The notes: generated by a model from the sequence alone, not told the origin. A stretch of 63,317 nt of DNA, filler included, from Halocafeteria seosinensis (GCA_001687465.1; 5 parts of 5 records of this genome joined end to end with filler, not necessarily neighbours in it), one strand, 5' to 3'. Shown: positions 25,167 through 37,940, counted from the whole stretch's first letter. Made by a program: numbers and translations.

Positions 25167-27800
25167 TTAATGCCCTTCGAGAAAACTATGTTCTATATAG
25201 TGAAATGGATTCAATAAAGGAGGAAAACAACTCGCTCTGGTTTTGGTGTTGTCGCTGCTGTCCTTGGCACCGCGTAAGGTGGACATTGGGACAACTTCAC
25301 GAATTTTTCTGCTCAAATTATTTGTGATCCACTGGCCGTTAAAGGTGGCCCTAACCATTCACATGGCACTTGCACTCCGCAAATGTCATCGTTTCGAACT
25401 GATGCTCCGACACATCGACAAGTGCATCTTTTGGACCAGGACGGCGTCGGTATAGCTGCTTTAGGTGCGCCAGGAGGAAGGTATTATCCGCCCTTTGCCG
25501 CCATCCTTGAGTTGTAGTACAGATAGTCTCGTCGGTGCAACGATACATATAGTGGTACCAGACAGTGCCGTAGGTCGGGTTGTGTAGTGTCTCTCGACAG
25601 GCTACACATGATGGGCTTTGTCCGTACACATCAGGTCGATCAATCATCTCCTGAACCGCAGGAGGAAGCAGGCCAGCTCGGATACGGATGCCCAGAGTAT
25701 TGAGCTCCAGCTGGTCCGACGTATCCAATGGCAGAGTGGGAGAGCTGCAGTTTTGCCCGAATGTGACAGCTGCTATCCACTGTTGCCAACGCTTCCCGTC
25801 AAACCGCATCAAGCAGCACGATGGGTCTGGGAGGGGTAAGTGCAGGAGTGCCCTGCGTCCTTGGGAGTGCGCTAGAGGAGGAAGCCGGTATGATGGCGCG
25901 TAAGGCACGACATTGAAACGTTGTTCTCCAGGGGGAGCGGAAGATCTAAATAGCGCCCCTCAATGGGTGCCCGGCGACGTGCCGCGGCATCGGCGGCAAT
26001 GTTGCCGAGAGTACGTGGGTCTGTGAGTACGTGGGTCTGTGGTGTCTTCGTCTTGGTGAGCACGGATCCACTTGACTGAATGAACTCGTCCTAGCTTCAG
26101 CAACTTCTGCAGCAGTGTGCCAAGATGTCCATCATATTCTGGAAGTCGTTTCCATTTCGCCGAGTCTTGTAATACTTCACAGAGTGCCCGGTTGTCGATA
26201 TACAGTTGGCACCGAGTTCCTTGAGGATAGAAGCGGCAGAACGCCAAAAGCCCGAGGCTAGCTGCTGCAACCTCGGATCGAATACTTCCCAGAGTCTTGC
26301 CGATCATATTGATATCTAAAGGCGGGAGTGTGTACCCAAAACATTGAGTATCGGGATGGGCCTTCCAATTCGCTCCAAGAGCCTGCTGCGACATGATCAC
26401 AGCACCTGCTCCCTCGATTGTATAATGGGACCACCTACTGAAAGACCCGTCACAAAATATCAGGGTTTCGGCCACTGTTTCCAGATCTTCCTGGTTTACT
26501 AGGGGCATCGACGTCAGCGTATGAAAGGCTTGTAGGCATGGCCACGAGTACGCCCGCAATCGTCGGATACACTCCGTCAGTAGTAAACAGCAGTCTCGTT
26601 TGAACCTGTGCTGTGGCAGGTGTAGACGTAGCTCCCCTGTAAGACCGTTGTAGGACACCTGAGAGGAAGAGAGCCGGAAATAAGCAACCACCAGGTTAGA
26701 GGGAACGAGTTGTGTGGAGGTTGTCCCGGTGTTGCATGATAGTATCGGTTTCATGTCAGACGGAGAAGACGTCGCATGCGCCAGCAGCAGTGGGGGAAGT
26801 TGAAGTTGTAGCGGTTGAACCTGAACTTGGTGCGTCAGGTGACTCAGGTCCATTGGCCGAGTAGTGCGGTCAATATCCTCATCAATGATTCGCCCGAAAA
26901 GCCGTCTTCACACCGGGTCCACAATGCACTTTCCGGGGTGCCATTGCCCCATGGATCAATCAGATACGTACCGTCTCCCCATGGTACCTCGTCGCAACTT
27001 GTAAAGACGCTTACGTTGGCATAAGCTGCCACTGGATTTCATACGTATCACAGGGCTTTGCCGATAAAGTAGCATCTTCTTTCAAATGTACTGTTCCCGT
27101 CAAGTCGTCTGCATTCTGAGCGTCAACGAGGTTGAAGGGATGGTTTACCGGTACGCCAGTGAAGTTGGCAGGGCATTTGTTGCCGCTCGGGACAACACCC
27201 TCCAGTTCAAGCCATTTGTCTTGGGCATGGCGAACATTGCCTTCTCCCTGTACCGTGTGTATGGCAGCCGCGGCGTCTCTTTTCAGTGGATGAAGCACTT
27301 CATCCACGGAGACGTGGTGTGAATCACCACGGGTGCCATTGCATAGGACGTCTGTCCAAGTGAATGATCCCTTTGCCTCCAATGTGGCGGATACCATGGA
27401 TACCATACACGATAAAATAAAGATCCTGTTCCCCAAATCCATCGTCTCATGCATTCTGATTCGCATACAGAGGCGTGAAATTTACATGCTGCAGGGGGCT
27501 GGTTTTGTGGTGACGGTTGCACTTCGTAGCGAAATATTCGCAGCAGACAATTTTCGTCTATATACAAACTTTCCAGTGTCACTATATTTCCACTCCTCAT
27601 TTGTGTTCCAACGCCAAAAGACAACACTGATCAAATTTTCGTAGCATGGACTGTTCGACGGAACAGAGCTTGTTTCTGGTGCTGAACCTGAGGTCCTCTC
27701 CATACTGTAGACCTCTACCTCGTGCGCATACAGTATACCGGTACTTCTCCACTTCCACTTCACGTCAGCAAACGTCTACAGACGAACTCCCAAAGACTAT
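25167..27800 (-). mobile_element. Degenerate 3' portion of a non-LTR retrotransposon with RNase H domain and Cys/His motif
   Basis: IFCDGS...GAG, RSEVAA..LGL, LYIDN and VKWIRAH...GNIAADAAAR form a complete RNase H motif set. Downstream SCVAC...YHYMYRC is a Cys/His motif. Multiple frameshifts; no RT core is visible. Confidence 0.65.
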
Positions 27801-28206
27801 GTCCCTCTTCTCCAGCTCCTGCTCGCAATTGCATAGCGATATATGGTAACATTTTTGTCATAGTGCACATATAAAGACGTGTTCATACTCATTTTATACA
27901 CATGTATAGTCGTTCTAAGAAGTACCATCTACATGTTGAAGTTTAACTAGATTATTTGGAAATAATTCACAAATACAATTTGGAAACGTGTCCCGCTCTA
28001 CATGATTTCCGGTGTACCAATATACCACAGGAATATATTCCACTGCGGCCTAAATGCCAAAGTTTGCGCTTGTTGTGTTGTTGTGTGTTGTATGAGCACT
28101 GGAAGGGTGGCTAGACAATCACGTGAGACTTCCGGATGGGCTTTTTTTTTTGTTTGTTTTTTTTGGAAGAAAACGGNTGAACGCTGTTTTTTCGGAGGGG
28201 ATAAAC

Positions 28207-28709
28207 CAGGGTTTGAAATCCGCGGGTATACCCGCGACCCGCAACCACGAGCTCGCGGGTATACTTACCCGCACCCGCCCGCGCTCAAACTTTGCGGGTA
28301 TTGCGGGTATGCGGGTATAGTGAATATTTGAAGAAAGTTTTGGTGTTTTCGCAATTCTAACCATGTGTAAGTCCATATCAGCACAATACACCCTAAATAC
28401 AACGTTTTGGTTTCATCATACACCTTTAATCTCGCTAAATGGCAGGATCAGTACACACGAGTCAACGGAGTTCAGCCAGTGGCTGTTTGTGAAGCAAAAA
28501 GCTACAAAGTTGCAAGACTCGGAGACTCCTCAAATACCCGTGTTGTACGGCGTAAATCACGTATATGGTACCGTATTAGGCATAAAATTACGAGAATGCT
28601 TGAAAAATAGAGTTCTAATGGCTCTAGTCGGCTAAAATTGGGAAGCTTCAACATCGGACTTTACCCGCATACCCGCCCGCGACCCGCAGGGTGCCAGACC
28701 GCGGGTACC
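28207..28709. mobile_element. hAT-like non-autonomous element (CAGGG end, dense GCGGGTA/TACCCGC subterminal motifs), right end cut by gap
   Basis: cagggtttgaaatccgcgggtatacccgcg... with many GCGGGTA/TACCCGC copies in both orientations at 28220-28320 and again at 28660-28709. Confidence 0.6.
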
Positions 28710-28809
28710 NNNNNNNNNNNNNNNNNNNNNNNNNNNNNNNNNNNNNNNNNNNNTTAATTAATTAANNNNNNNNNNNNNNNNNNNNNNNNNNNNNNNNNNN
28801 NNNNNNNNN
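28710..28809. other. Assembly gap with six-frame stop linker TTAATTAATTAA
   Basis: The same 100-nt N/TTAATTAATTAA/N block occurs four times in the window. Confidence 0.97.
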
Positions 28810-31590
28810 CTTTGCCTCGTTTAGGGGATTTTTCAAATTCCGGGCAGGAAAGGGTACAAAAATTAGAAAAATCCCTGTATCTTGCTTCATACTTACAATG
28901 GTATCATATAAGTACATGATTTGGAATCAGCGTAAAATTACGCATCTGATGGTATATAATACGGTATTATTGGAGAGGGGAAAATGTGCATGTTTCTGGG
29001 GCTAAGTCGTATCTCCGCTTCTGTAACTCTTGGTCACCTGGAGCATTCCTTCGAGAGGAATTGAGCCTCACATTGGGCCACTATGACGCCACATGCAACG
29101 CTGTACAACGGTATACCTATAATGTTGGTGAATATTTATTCCTCTTCAATATTCAGCATGAATCCTATTCAGCAACGGTACCGGTATTCTTATTTCGTTA
29201 CGCTCGATATTTTTCTCAAACCAACCATGGTGAACGATTGACGGCGGGATGGGGTGTAACATGAATAGACCGAATACCGGAAGGATAAAACAATTGGTTG
29301 CGACCGCAGAATGTGTGCATTCAAACGTAAACCTCACAGTACCTTCTCCCTGGGCAATGTTCACTGCTGCCCACATGCGCCACGGATCAAGCCATCAATC
29401 ACTCATCAATGACTCTTAGAATCCTCATAGTCCCGTATCAAGCTGGATTCAGCCCCGCACTGAGTCTAGGAGCGCTTATTTGTTCGTCCAGAGCGCCATG
29501 TCCACATGGGTCCCTGCAGAGCATGAAGGTAAGCCGCCACTACCCGTAGCGATTCGGTCCCTCGACGACAATGTCCATCCTTCCACTCGGGTCTGCCTTC
29601 CACTCGGGTCTGCTGAGTGTGCTCTATGTGGCTGCGAGCCGTTCGATTCAGTTACAGTGGCTGCAGTGCCCATCCTTGCAAGGAGATAGACCGTGCGCGA
29701 GCATTTACTAACGCTCAAGTCAAACATCGTCGAACTTTACAGCCGCACCACTGAATGACCATTCTATGCGTCGTTTAGTCCTGCACCCTGTTTAGACCGC
29801 AGGTACATGGGTCCAAAAGACCGGTGAGCCCGTTTTCGTTGGATCCTAGGGTATGTAGTTATCAAGATATTGTATCCCTTGCAGTAGTACGACCGCTCAT
29901 GCCACACCGGCTGTTGCAGTGTTATAACTCCTTACCTCCTTGCAGGCCATTAAGTGCTTGTCATGGTCAACCAGAAACATTTGTCATGGCATGCGAAACC
30001 AGAATGCCCATGTTTCATGACCCAATACTCCATTTGTCCCGTAACGCTGCAACGACGAATGGTGTATCCTCATTCCTGGATTGAGGCAGATTGTCATTCC
30101 ACCCTTATGAAACACGAGAATCATCAGATTAATTACTCACGGGTGTACAGGGTCGATTAAGACGACTAGGACTAAGGTTTGCATGTCATGTGCACCCTGT
30201 GGGAATCCCATGCACTAACAGAAGCCTTGAGTGTGCATTGTTTCACTCACCTCCCAGGTGCGTTATGCTGTCTTCGAGCTCCTTGATAGCCTTCTCAACA
30301 ATATCCTTACCTGTACTTGTCTCGACACACATCAATCTTACCATAAATCACTCATCGCATAGTGGCGAAGCCGCATATAGGATAAGGACTGTGATTCCTG
30401 GGGAAGTGTGAACATAGCACAGGTATCGTAACGCTCTCTTGCGGACGTCTCCAATATTAGTCGACCAAGCAGAAACCAATTGTGCAATCGCAGAACTTAA
30501 AGCATTCGTAAATTGGCGTTTGCGCGTCTCAATAGATTGCTGTGGGCTTCCAAATGTTCAGAGACACGCGGCGGCAATCCCTTCCAAGGTCTGAAGTTCC
30601 ATTTTCCACGTATTTTCGTATGCTTCATGTCCTACAATCTATCGATACAGTCCACTTGTTCATACGGAGACCATATACAATAATGGTAGTCACAAAGATA
30701 CCTGAGAGATATACAATGATAGGTTTTCAGTGACCGCTAGGTGAGCTTCACAGCTTTCGTCAGTACAACAGAAACAGCACGATTGGCAAGAATGAGAAGT
30801 TCCCAATCTTGACGTAATTGAGGTGGACGTATGGACCTATCCGAATGGATACGATCTACGACTCGATTAGGTATAGGCTGCGCACCTAAGTTTGTTGTGA
30901 CGGATTCACAATTCTAGGGCACCACTTCAATCTGTTCAATGGTTCGACCAATGATCAAGTTCGATTGAAGCCCCGTCCACCGCAATGTTATCAGTTAAAA
31001 AATTAACCCCCTATGATTCCTTCGCATATGGTTGGACCTTCACGTGTGTATCTGCGCCAGAAAACTCGATGTAACTATGGTCAGTTTGCATCTACACTCC
31101 TTAATGCATTCTCAATGATCCGTTTCCAAGACGTCTACATCAGGATGTACAGTTTTGCCCAAGTACAAGTACTATGAACAAAGTATTGAGTTCTGTATGA
31201 AATCCTTTTACAAAGAGATCAACTACCTTTATACTAACAAATATAAATCAGAAAATGACGTTCTCATATCTCAGTTTATTCCCACTAGTGTTGCTGAGGA
31301 CTTCCAGCGTACCCAAAGACAGCCTAACCTCTGGTTCCACACACCTGACCAACTATTATGAACAAAGTATTGAGTTCTGTACGAAATCCTTTTACAAAGA
31401 GATCAACTACCTTTATACTAACAAATATAAATCAGAAAATGACGTTCTCATATCTCAGTTTACTCCACTGGAACCCAGTGTCCCGCAGCAAGACTCAAGC
31501 CTGATTGAAACACTGGACTGGCGCATACGAGTACAGTGTGCTAAAAGCAAAGGGAACATGGTTGAATCATGAGATCTCTATACACTGAAG
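28810..31590 (+). repeat. Long dispersed repeat copy 1 (non-coding arm of a putative large transposon)
   Basis: Near-identical by eye and same orientation as 52224-55699, apart from small indels and tandem-array copy number. Confidence 0.95.
31165..31470 (+). repeat. 184-bp tandem repeat, ~1.6 units
   Basis: tatgaacaaagtattgagttctg at 31173 and 31357. Confidence 0.9.
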
Positions 31591-32309
31591 AGCCGTCTTG
31601 AAGGAGGAGTCACTTCGCTTGGCGTATCGTGCTTCAATTGGACTCCACTCTTACTGTCCAATGGCAAACTCAACTCTAATTAGAATAAATCCATGATTTA
31701 GTCCACATAATTCACTACATTGTCCTGGTGTAAGTTGTGTGTGGTTGTATGTTAGTATTGCTCCAAGCGGTTGACGAGCACCTCTCGTTCGCTCTCTCTC
31801 TTTCTCTCCAGTGGCGTTTGGATCCGAGATACTTGTCCAGTTCCACTCCTATCCTGCGGATTCCTGCCATGTCGGCGAATCCTTGCATAGCGTTTCCTTC
31901 TTTGCCTTGTAGGCGGAGAAGAATGGAACGCTTCGTTCGTCTTTACAGCAAACCCAGGCGCAGTGTTACAATGTTCTCGGCCTCCGTTACTGCATAAGTT
32001 CTTTCATTGGGGTTGCGTTTAACCAGGCGGCTGCTTCCTCTGCTTGAGAAGCGGTCAGTACCGCCTTTTGTTTTCCTGTTTGTTTAGCATCGCTCTTGTG
32101 TAGTTACTCGCTGCAAGCTCTTGCCCGGGTGCGTCTGTAGCTTCAGTTTGGTCCAACCATCCTTTGGTTTGCCGATCGTTTGCTGCACTCTCCGTGAAGG
32201 TCTTTGCGGCATTGCGCCAGTGAATCGCTTTCGACGAGCCATCGCTCCGGCGATACACGATGCTCCTGCTGCAGGACCTGGTATGACTAGTACTACCAAT
32301 CCTCCTGCC

Positions 32310-35300
32310 TTTAAGGACAACTTGGCCCATGCGACAGTTAACTTTATCTTGTTGCATCTAGCTCTCCGGGTGCAACGCTACTTCTCCGTCGACACAAGTG
32401 TGCTTTCTGTCTGCTAGCACTGCCACATGAGCCCACACATAGCGATGAACAAACAATGTCGGAGATCACCGAGGCTTTCAGCACAATGCTCAATATACGC
32501 GACTGGAACGTACAATGCGGACAGTTCCACCGTCAGAGACGAGGGACCCAGGACTGTGGGACTGGCGCTTTGGCGGCACTTAGATCCTTCGTTTTACGGA
32601 ATGAGTTCATACATACAAACCCGCAGAGGATCCTTGTAAATAGACTGGCGACCATTGGATCCATTCTTTGAAATGCAGGTATAACAGTTCCAGGATCAAT
32701 ATGGGCTGTGCATCGCAGCATATCAGTCCCCGAACCAGGGATAAGTGGTCGTGTACGCCCTCGAACAGACTCAGGAGCAGAGACACGACGTAACGTACGG
32801 CAGCGTAGGCCCAATAGGCACCCCAGGCAAGACGGCACTCCGGCAACAAATTCCACTGTGGCCAGTACTTCCAGGAACACTAGCAGCAGAAACGTTACTA
32901 TAAATAACGGCTTCTCCCTTGCTGAAACCCTCTCTTCTACCGTAAGGCAGCGTGAACACAGGGCAAGAAGTTCCACTGCCGACAGTGCCTCCACGGACGG
33001 TAGCGGCACAAATGCTACTACAAATAATGACTCCTCTCTATCTGAGACCCCAGGATGTAACGTAAGGCAGTGTGGACGCCCGAATGCAAGAAATTCCAGT
33101 GCTGTCAGAGCTACCAGGAACAGTGGCAGCAGGAACGTTACTACCAATCACAGCTTCTCTCTTGCTGAAACCCTCTCTTCTACAGTAAGGCAGAGTAAAC
33201 GCCCCAAGCCAACAAATTCCACTGCTGTCAGTGCCTCCACGAACAGTAGCGCTACTACAGATAATTACTTCTCTCTACATGAAACCCTAGGATGTAACGT
33301 AAGGCAGTGTGGACTCCCCAATGTAAGAAATTCAACTGCTGTCAGTCCTTCCAGCCATTTTGGAACAAACACGAGCAGAGAAGCTGACAATCCGACTAGA
33401 GATAATGACTTCCCTCTGCCGGAACCTGAAGGACTCTGCCAAAGGGAGATAGACTTAATAAAACAGGTATTATCGGATTCAACCAACAATGAGGAATATC
33501 GGCGACGTTGCAGCATCTTAACAAGAGGACACAAGGAAAGGACACGAAGATCGAGTCTTCAGAAGTTTTCGATCGTCGATGGAGTCCTTGGATATTCCCA
33601 TAGTAATCAGTTTGAACAGATCATCGCCACGGAGCGATGGGAGGGTCTGTTAGATAAACTTTGTTCCACTTCTTCAATAGAATTGAGACTATATTCGGCA
33701 GTAAAAAGTCTCAAACAGAGAGTACCACCCATAGCCGTAGGGAAAACCGGTTTTAGGGTAAAAACGTCCTTTATAGAAGCCTTTCTAAAGCGTAGGAAAA
33801 GTCGCGCGGAGGCACGCTTCGGAGGGTCGATCGACATCCGACCTATGATACCAGAAAGTATTAATAGGATCCCCTGCGACCAGAGGAGCCGAATTATGTT
33901 CGAAAGTGTTGGGCACAATGGGCAAGGGGACCTGGTCGCTATGTACACGTGTCACCTCTGCCGGGGCAAACGGAATCCAGCATCTACCCAGGGAATACCT
34001 CGACGCTATTTCTACATATGACATCGATAGTTCTTCTGAATCACTCGCATCTGTGCTAGATGTTGACATACAGGCAGAAATAAAATCCGTTTCCCGTATT
34101 ATCCAAGGAGATACTACCAACGCAGCCAGGAATGCCAGTATCAATCCACAGGACGATGCCGAAAGACTCCATACTGGAACACTTGGAGGCTGAACGCACA
34201 TACGCTACCCAAGGCGAAGCACTACCACGCAACGGTAGCGACGATGCAGACCAAGTCTTTGTTACAGTAAGTGAAAACAACGGTGGTTCTGTGAAGAATT
34301 TTCCGACGTCGATTCTGACGGAGAGAAAAACAACACGATACCCCGTGTATTGGATAGGAGCCCGGTTGAAACAGCGAGAGAAGACTCGGTAGAGCAGTTA
34401 ACAACCTTGTTCCAATACGACCTTGGTATCAACAATGCCATCGAGAAGCTCCCTGGACCGTTTGACCAGGAGAATGCAGATCTCTCCTCTGAAGCGTTTT
34501 GTGACCCTCGTCGGCAATTGCCCCCAAGCCCAGCGGACCGAAATTTTTCCGGGTTCACTGAGGTCGGATGCCCATGGAGGATTCGGTTCACGATTGATCA
34601 AGTTACTGGGGAAGTGCAGTATACAACGGAAAACTCCCACAATCATTCTTGTCCACACTCTGCAGATGAAATAAGAGAGCTAGCCCAGAATGACGAGGAG
34701 TTCTGGTTTAGTGCCGCCGAGCAGTGCCTTCCACCCCATCCCGTATTGTCTGGTGTGTGCAAAGCTTTGCACAGGCTAGATTCACCGTTCCGTTTTGTTT
34801 ACGCGGCTCTGTTTTACATTGCGGCGGCGGAGGCTGTGGGACACGAACCTAAGAACCCGAAGTTCCGAGAAATTATCGATGTCTTGAAGCACGTGCGTGA
34901 AACAATGTGAAAACCAGTCTTTTCTCTGGCTACCAGCTCACTACCAATGGAGACGTTAGTCGAACTCAAGTCGCGGAACGCAATTATGGATGCGTGTTAC
35001 CCATTTCTGCCGGCGGGTACCAGCCAGTACTTAGGGAGACGCAAATAGCGCCTTTCTTTCGACGATCAACCTCTGCAGAAAGAACATTCTCGCAAATTGT
35101 TCAGCAATACAAATCTAGGCGCAATTCCCGTAGAGGCTGGAGATGCGAACAACCTGATGATGGGCTAATTGGAACGCAAAGGCACTGCGCCTTATTTGCT
35201 AATGAGCGAGGAAACAAGTTTGGGCGAAAAATGCATACTCTTGGAGTAGATGACACTCGTAAAGTTTTGAAAGGGCCCCATCGATTGTTTGCGTTCGTCA

Positions 35301-37370
35301 CTAAGTGTCCTTGTACTCATCGGAGTATATGCCTTGCGTACCTTCTGGTGTACGGACAGGATTCGGTGCCACTCGATGTTAATGCCCTCCTGGCATGGTC
35401 TTTGCATGCCATGAAATCATGGTATCCCGAATTTAACCCCAAAGAGTTCGTTTCAGATAAAGCTGACGAAATCGTGGGAGCATTTACCCAGTTAAACAAT
35501 TCAGAGACAGCGGCGTCCGGATGTGAAGAGGCATTGAACGGGTTGGAGCACCTCAACATCGTTGCGGATGAGGACTTGGGAAGGTACTCACAAGACCTAA
35601 ACTTTATGATCGAGTCCTTAATGCTCCCGATATATCGCAGGGAAGATTTAGTATACTAATGGCAAAATTTCGCCGTAAGTACGGAGAATGGAGTCCTGCC
35701 AAGGATCTTACCTCCAAGTGCTTTGCGCAGCAGATCCGACTCTGTCTATACCATGTTAAGAAAGCCCTCAAAGAAAACCTGCGTGGTATTGAAGATGTGC
35801 TGCGAGCGGCCGGTACCGAAATAGTAACGGACCCCAATTTCCGGAGCAATCCAGATCCTCATCAAATACTCAGTTATAACCAGCTAGAGCGTCGACTGTC
35901 AAGGATTCTGTACGCCAAACTATGGCAGGAGATGTCACATCTATGGCTTGAGTTACGCCAAGACATGTCGTCGCAAGGCTTTCAAGACCACGTTCAGTAC
36001 CTTGAGAACGAGTGGTTTAACGACACTTGGATATACAGCTTTTGCGCTGCCGGATATGTGCTGCCACTGCATATGACCACAACGAACAATTTATGCGAAG
36101 CGCATTTCTCGCTGATCAAAAGAGCATTTTTTGGGCGACGACGTCAGAAAAGCGCCGTCAGCCTTATCATAGAGCTATGCGGCGATTCTGAGGAACCATT
36201 CTCGTATTTTTTTCACCAAGTTGTAGCGGAATCTTGAAGTCCAGTCAGCCCAACTTGAGGGCGATAGAACCAGAAGCCGTCTCCCGACACTATAAATCTC
36301 AGGATATGCTATTAAAACATTTTAATAGTGAACCCGCGGACCGTGTGGTAAAAGTAGCGGCGGATGCGACAACTAGTAGCATTGTCTTACGGATGCCTCG
36401 TCACTACAATCATGACGACTACGATTCTCATGATGTAGTCCTGGTTGAGTTGGGAAATCGTCGTTCTGGAAACAGTTGCAGCTGTGCATTTTACGGAGAA
36501 TGCAAGCACATTCTTTTCGCCCAAAGTTTACAGGTGAGTTTTGCCTTCACTGTGCTGTCCTACGATACCAAAGCTATCGCTACCCGTCACATATTGCAGT
36601 TTCGATGTATGCTTGAGTTTTCAGTCAACTTGACGGAGCAAGAGGATCCCGACGACATTGTTACAATCTCGCATTTCCGAGGTAGTAGCACTCGCGCCAT
36701 CATGCCGCAAACGCACGTCAGAACTAGGGCCCGTCAACCGGTCAGACGAGGTCCAGGTAGACATCCTGGGAACAAATTCAAGGAATCCGTCAGTTGCTCG
36801 ACGGCGCGGTGCTGGAAGGCCCACACGTCAGCTGGATTCCGAAGGAAATCCCATTGTCACCCCACCACCTTCTGCCCCCACCTCAGCCGAGGTCGATACC
36901 CTACGAGCGAGCAGAACTAGCAGCTCTTGCGTACAACGTAGCATTCAAGCGTTTGTTCCAGCGGCCGAAAATAGTGGCTGATACTCTGTATAGGACTGTG
37001 TGCGGAGAGCAATCGAGTGGCTTGACAAAGGCCATAGTTATTAGGAGATCCTTGAATAAGGAAAGAGATATTGCTGACGTACCTCCCAATGCTCCTACTG
37101 ACGAAAGTTCCGAAGAGAATGAAGGCGCCACAGTTCTCTCGGCAAATACCACCAAAACAAGTCTTACAGGAAGAGCTCCAATGCCCTTTTGAGTACACGT
37201 TCCCGAATATAGTTGCACCCCACAGCGCCACAGAAATGAGAGTACTCCTAAGAGGCATGAACCCAAGACAATCTACTCTCGGCGGAAAATATGTCCTCTC
37301 CGAGAGGATTGAGGGATTTCACTCCGAAGAGACCGCAGAGGTTGGGACCACGACGACGAAAATGTGACTG
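32310..37370 (+). pseudogene. Large frameshifted Mutator-like transposase: Ulp1-like remnant, peptide repeats, WRKY/FAR1-like Zn finger, DDE core, SWIM
   Basis: In order: QRRGTQDCG; GCPWRI...HNH; LGVDDT..LFAFV..LAYLLV; FVSDKADEIVGAF; RLCLYHV (CxxH); YLENEW; TTNNLCEAHFSLIK; CSC...CKHI. These are split over several ORFs by frameshifts and stops, with an intron at ~36534-36599. Confidence 0.8.
32850..33357 (+). repeat. In-frame ~114-123 bp coding tandem repeats with alternating A/B types
   Basis: Units start NST/SST/NSS. A-type FSLAETLSSTVRQ occurs twice and B-type SLxETxGCNVRQCG twice. Confidence 0.85.
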
Positions 37371-37940
37371 AGAGCCTCTACACTTAGGTGCTGACGCCCA
37401 CTGTACTCTTGAACTTATCCTGTCAGTACTTCTGTCCCAACCTGCCGTCTAGAGACGTCCCCCAGGATGTCCTCTGGCGTGGTCAACAGTGGTAGTCTTA
37501 GTGTCTCAGTCCATTACCCGTACGTCTTTACCAGGGGGTAAAGTTTACCCAGAGCTAAGTGCCTTTGGTCTAGTCTAAGCAGCAGAATCATACACAGCGA
37601 TAAAACCAAAGAGCTCAACCAGCGACAATCCACTCTCGTTCGAACCCCACGAAGGGTCAATAAGGCGGTATTCATTGAACATCCAGGTGTTTTCGGAGTG
37701 AGTTTCGTCAGAGTAACTACCCAAACCTTGACTGGCACCCACCGCTCCACTGAATCTTTCTTCGAGCAGCTCAGTGACGTAGGGGTGGGGGTATCTAGTA
37801 CCACTACTTCTTGAGTTCCCTGAGAAACAAACGCACTATTCTTCCTTCATATCGGACGGTTCGATAATTAGTGATACGTCGAGTTTNGGCAGAACCATTC
37901 AAGTATCCCTCCACCCGTGATTCAAGGTACTCATTACAAG

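Noticed and set aside
28710..28809. Recurrent TTAATTAATTAA within N runs (also 37941, 55700, 60789)
   Set aside because: Artificial six-frame-stop contig linker, not biological. It also means cross-gap neighbourhoods cannot be trusted.
34350..36920. ORFs overlapping by GTGA/TAATG/TTGA like a bacterial operon
   Set aside because: The motifs belong to a single MULE transposase, and the overlaps arise from frameshifts plus alternative-start ORF calling.
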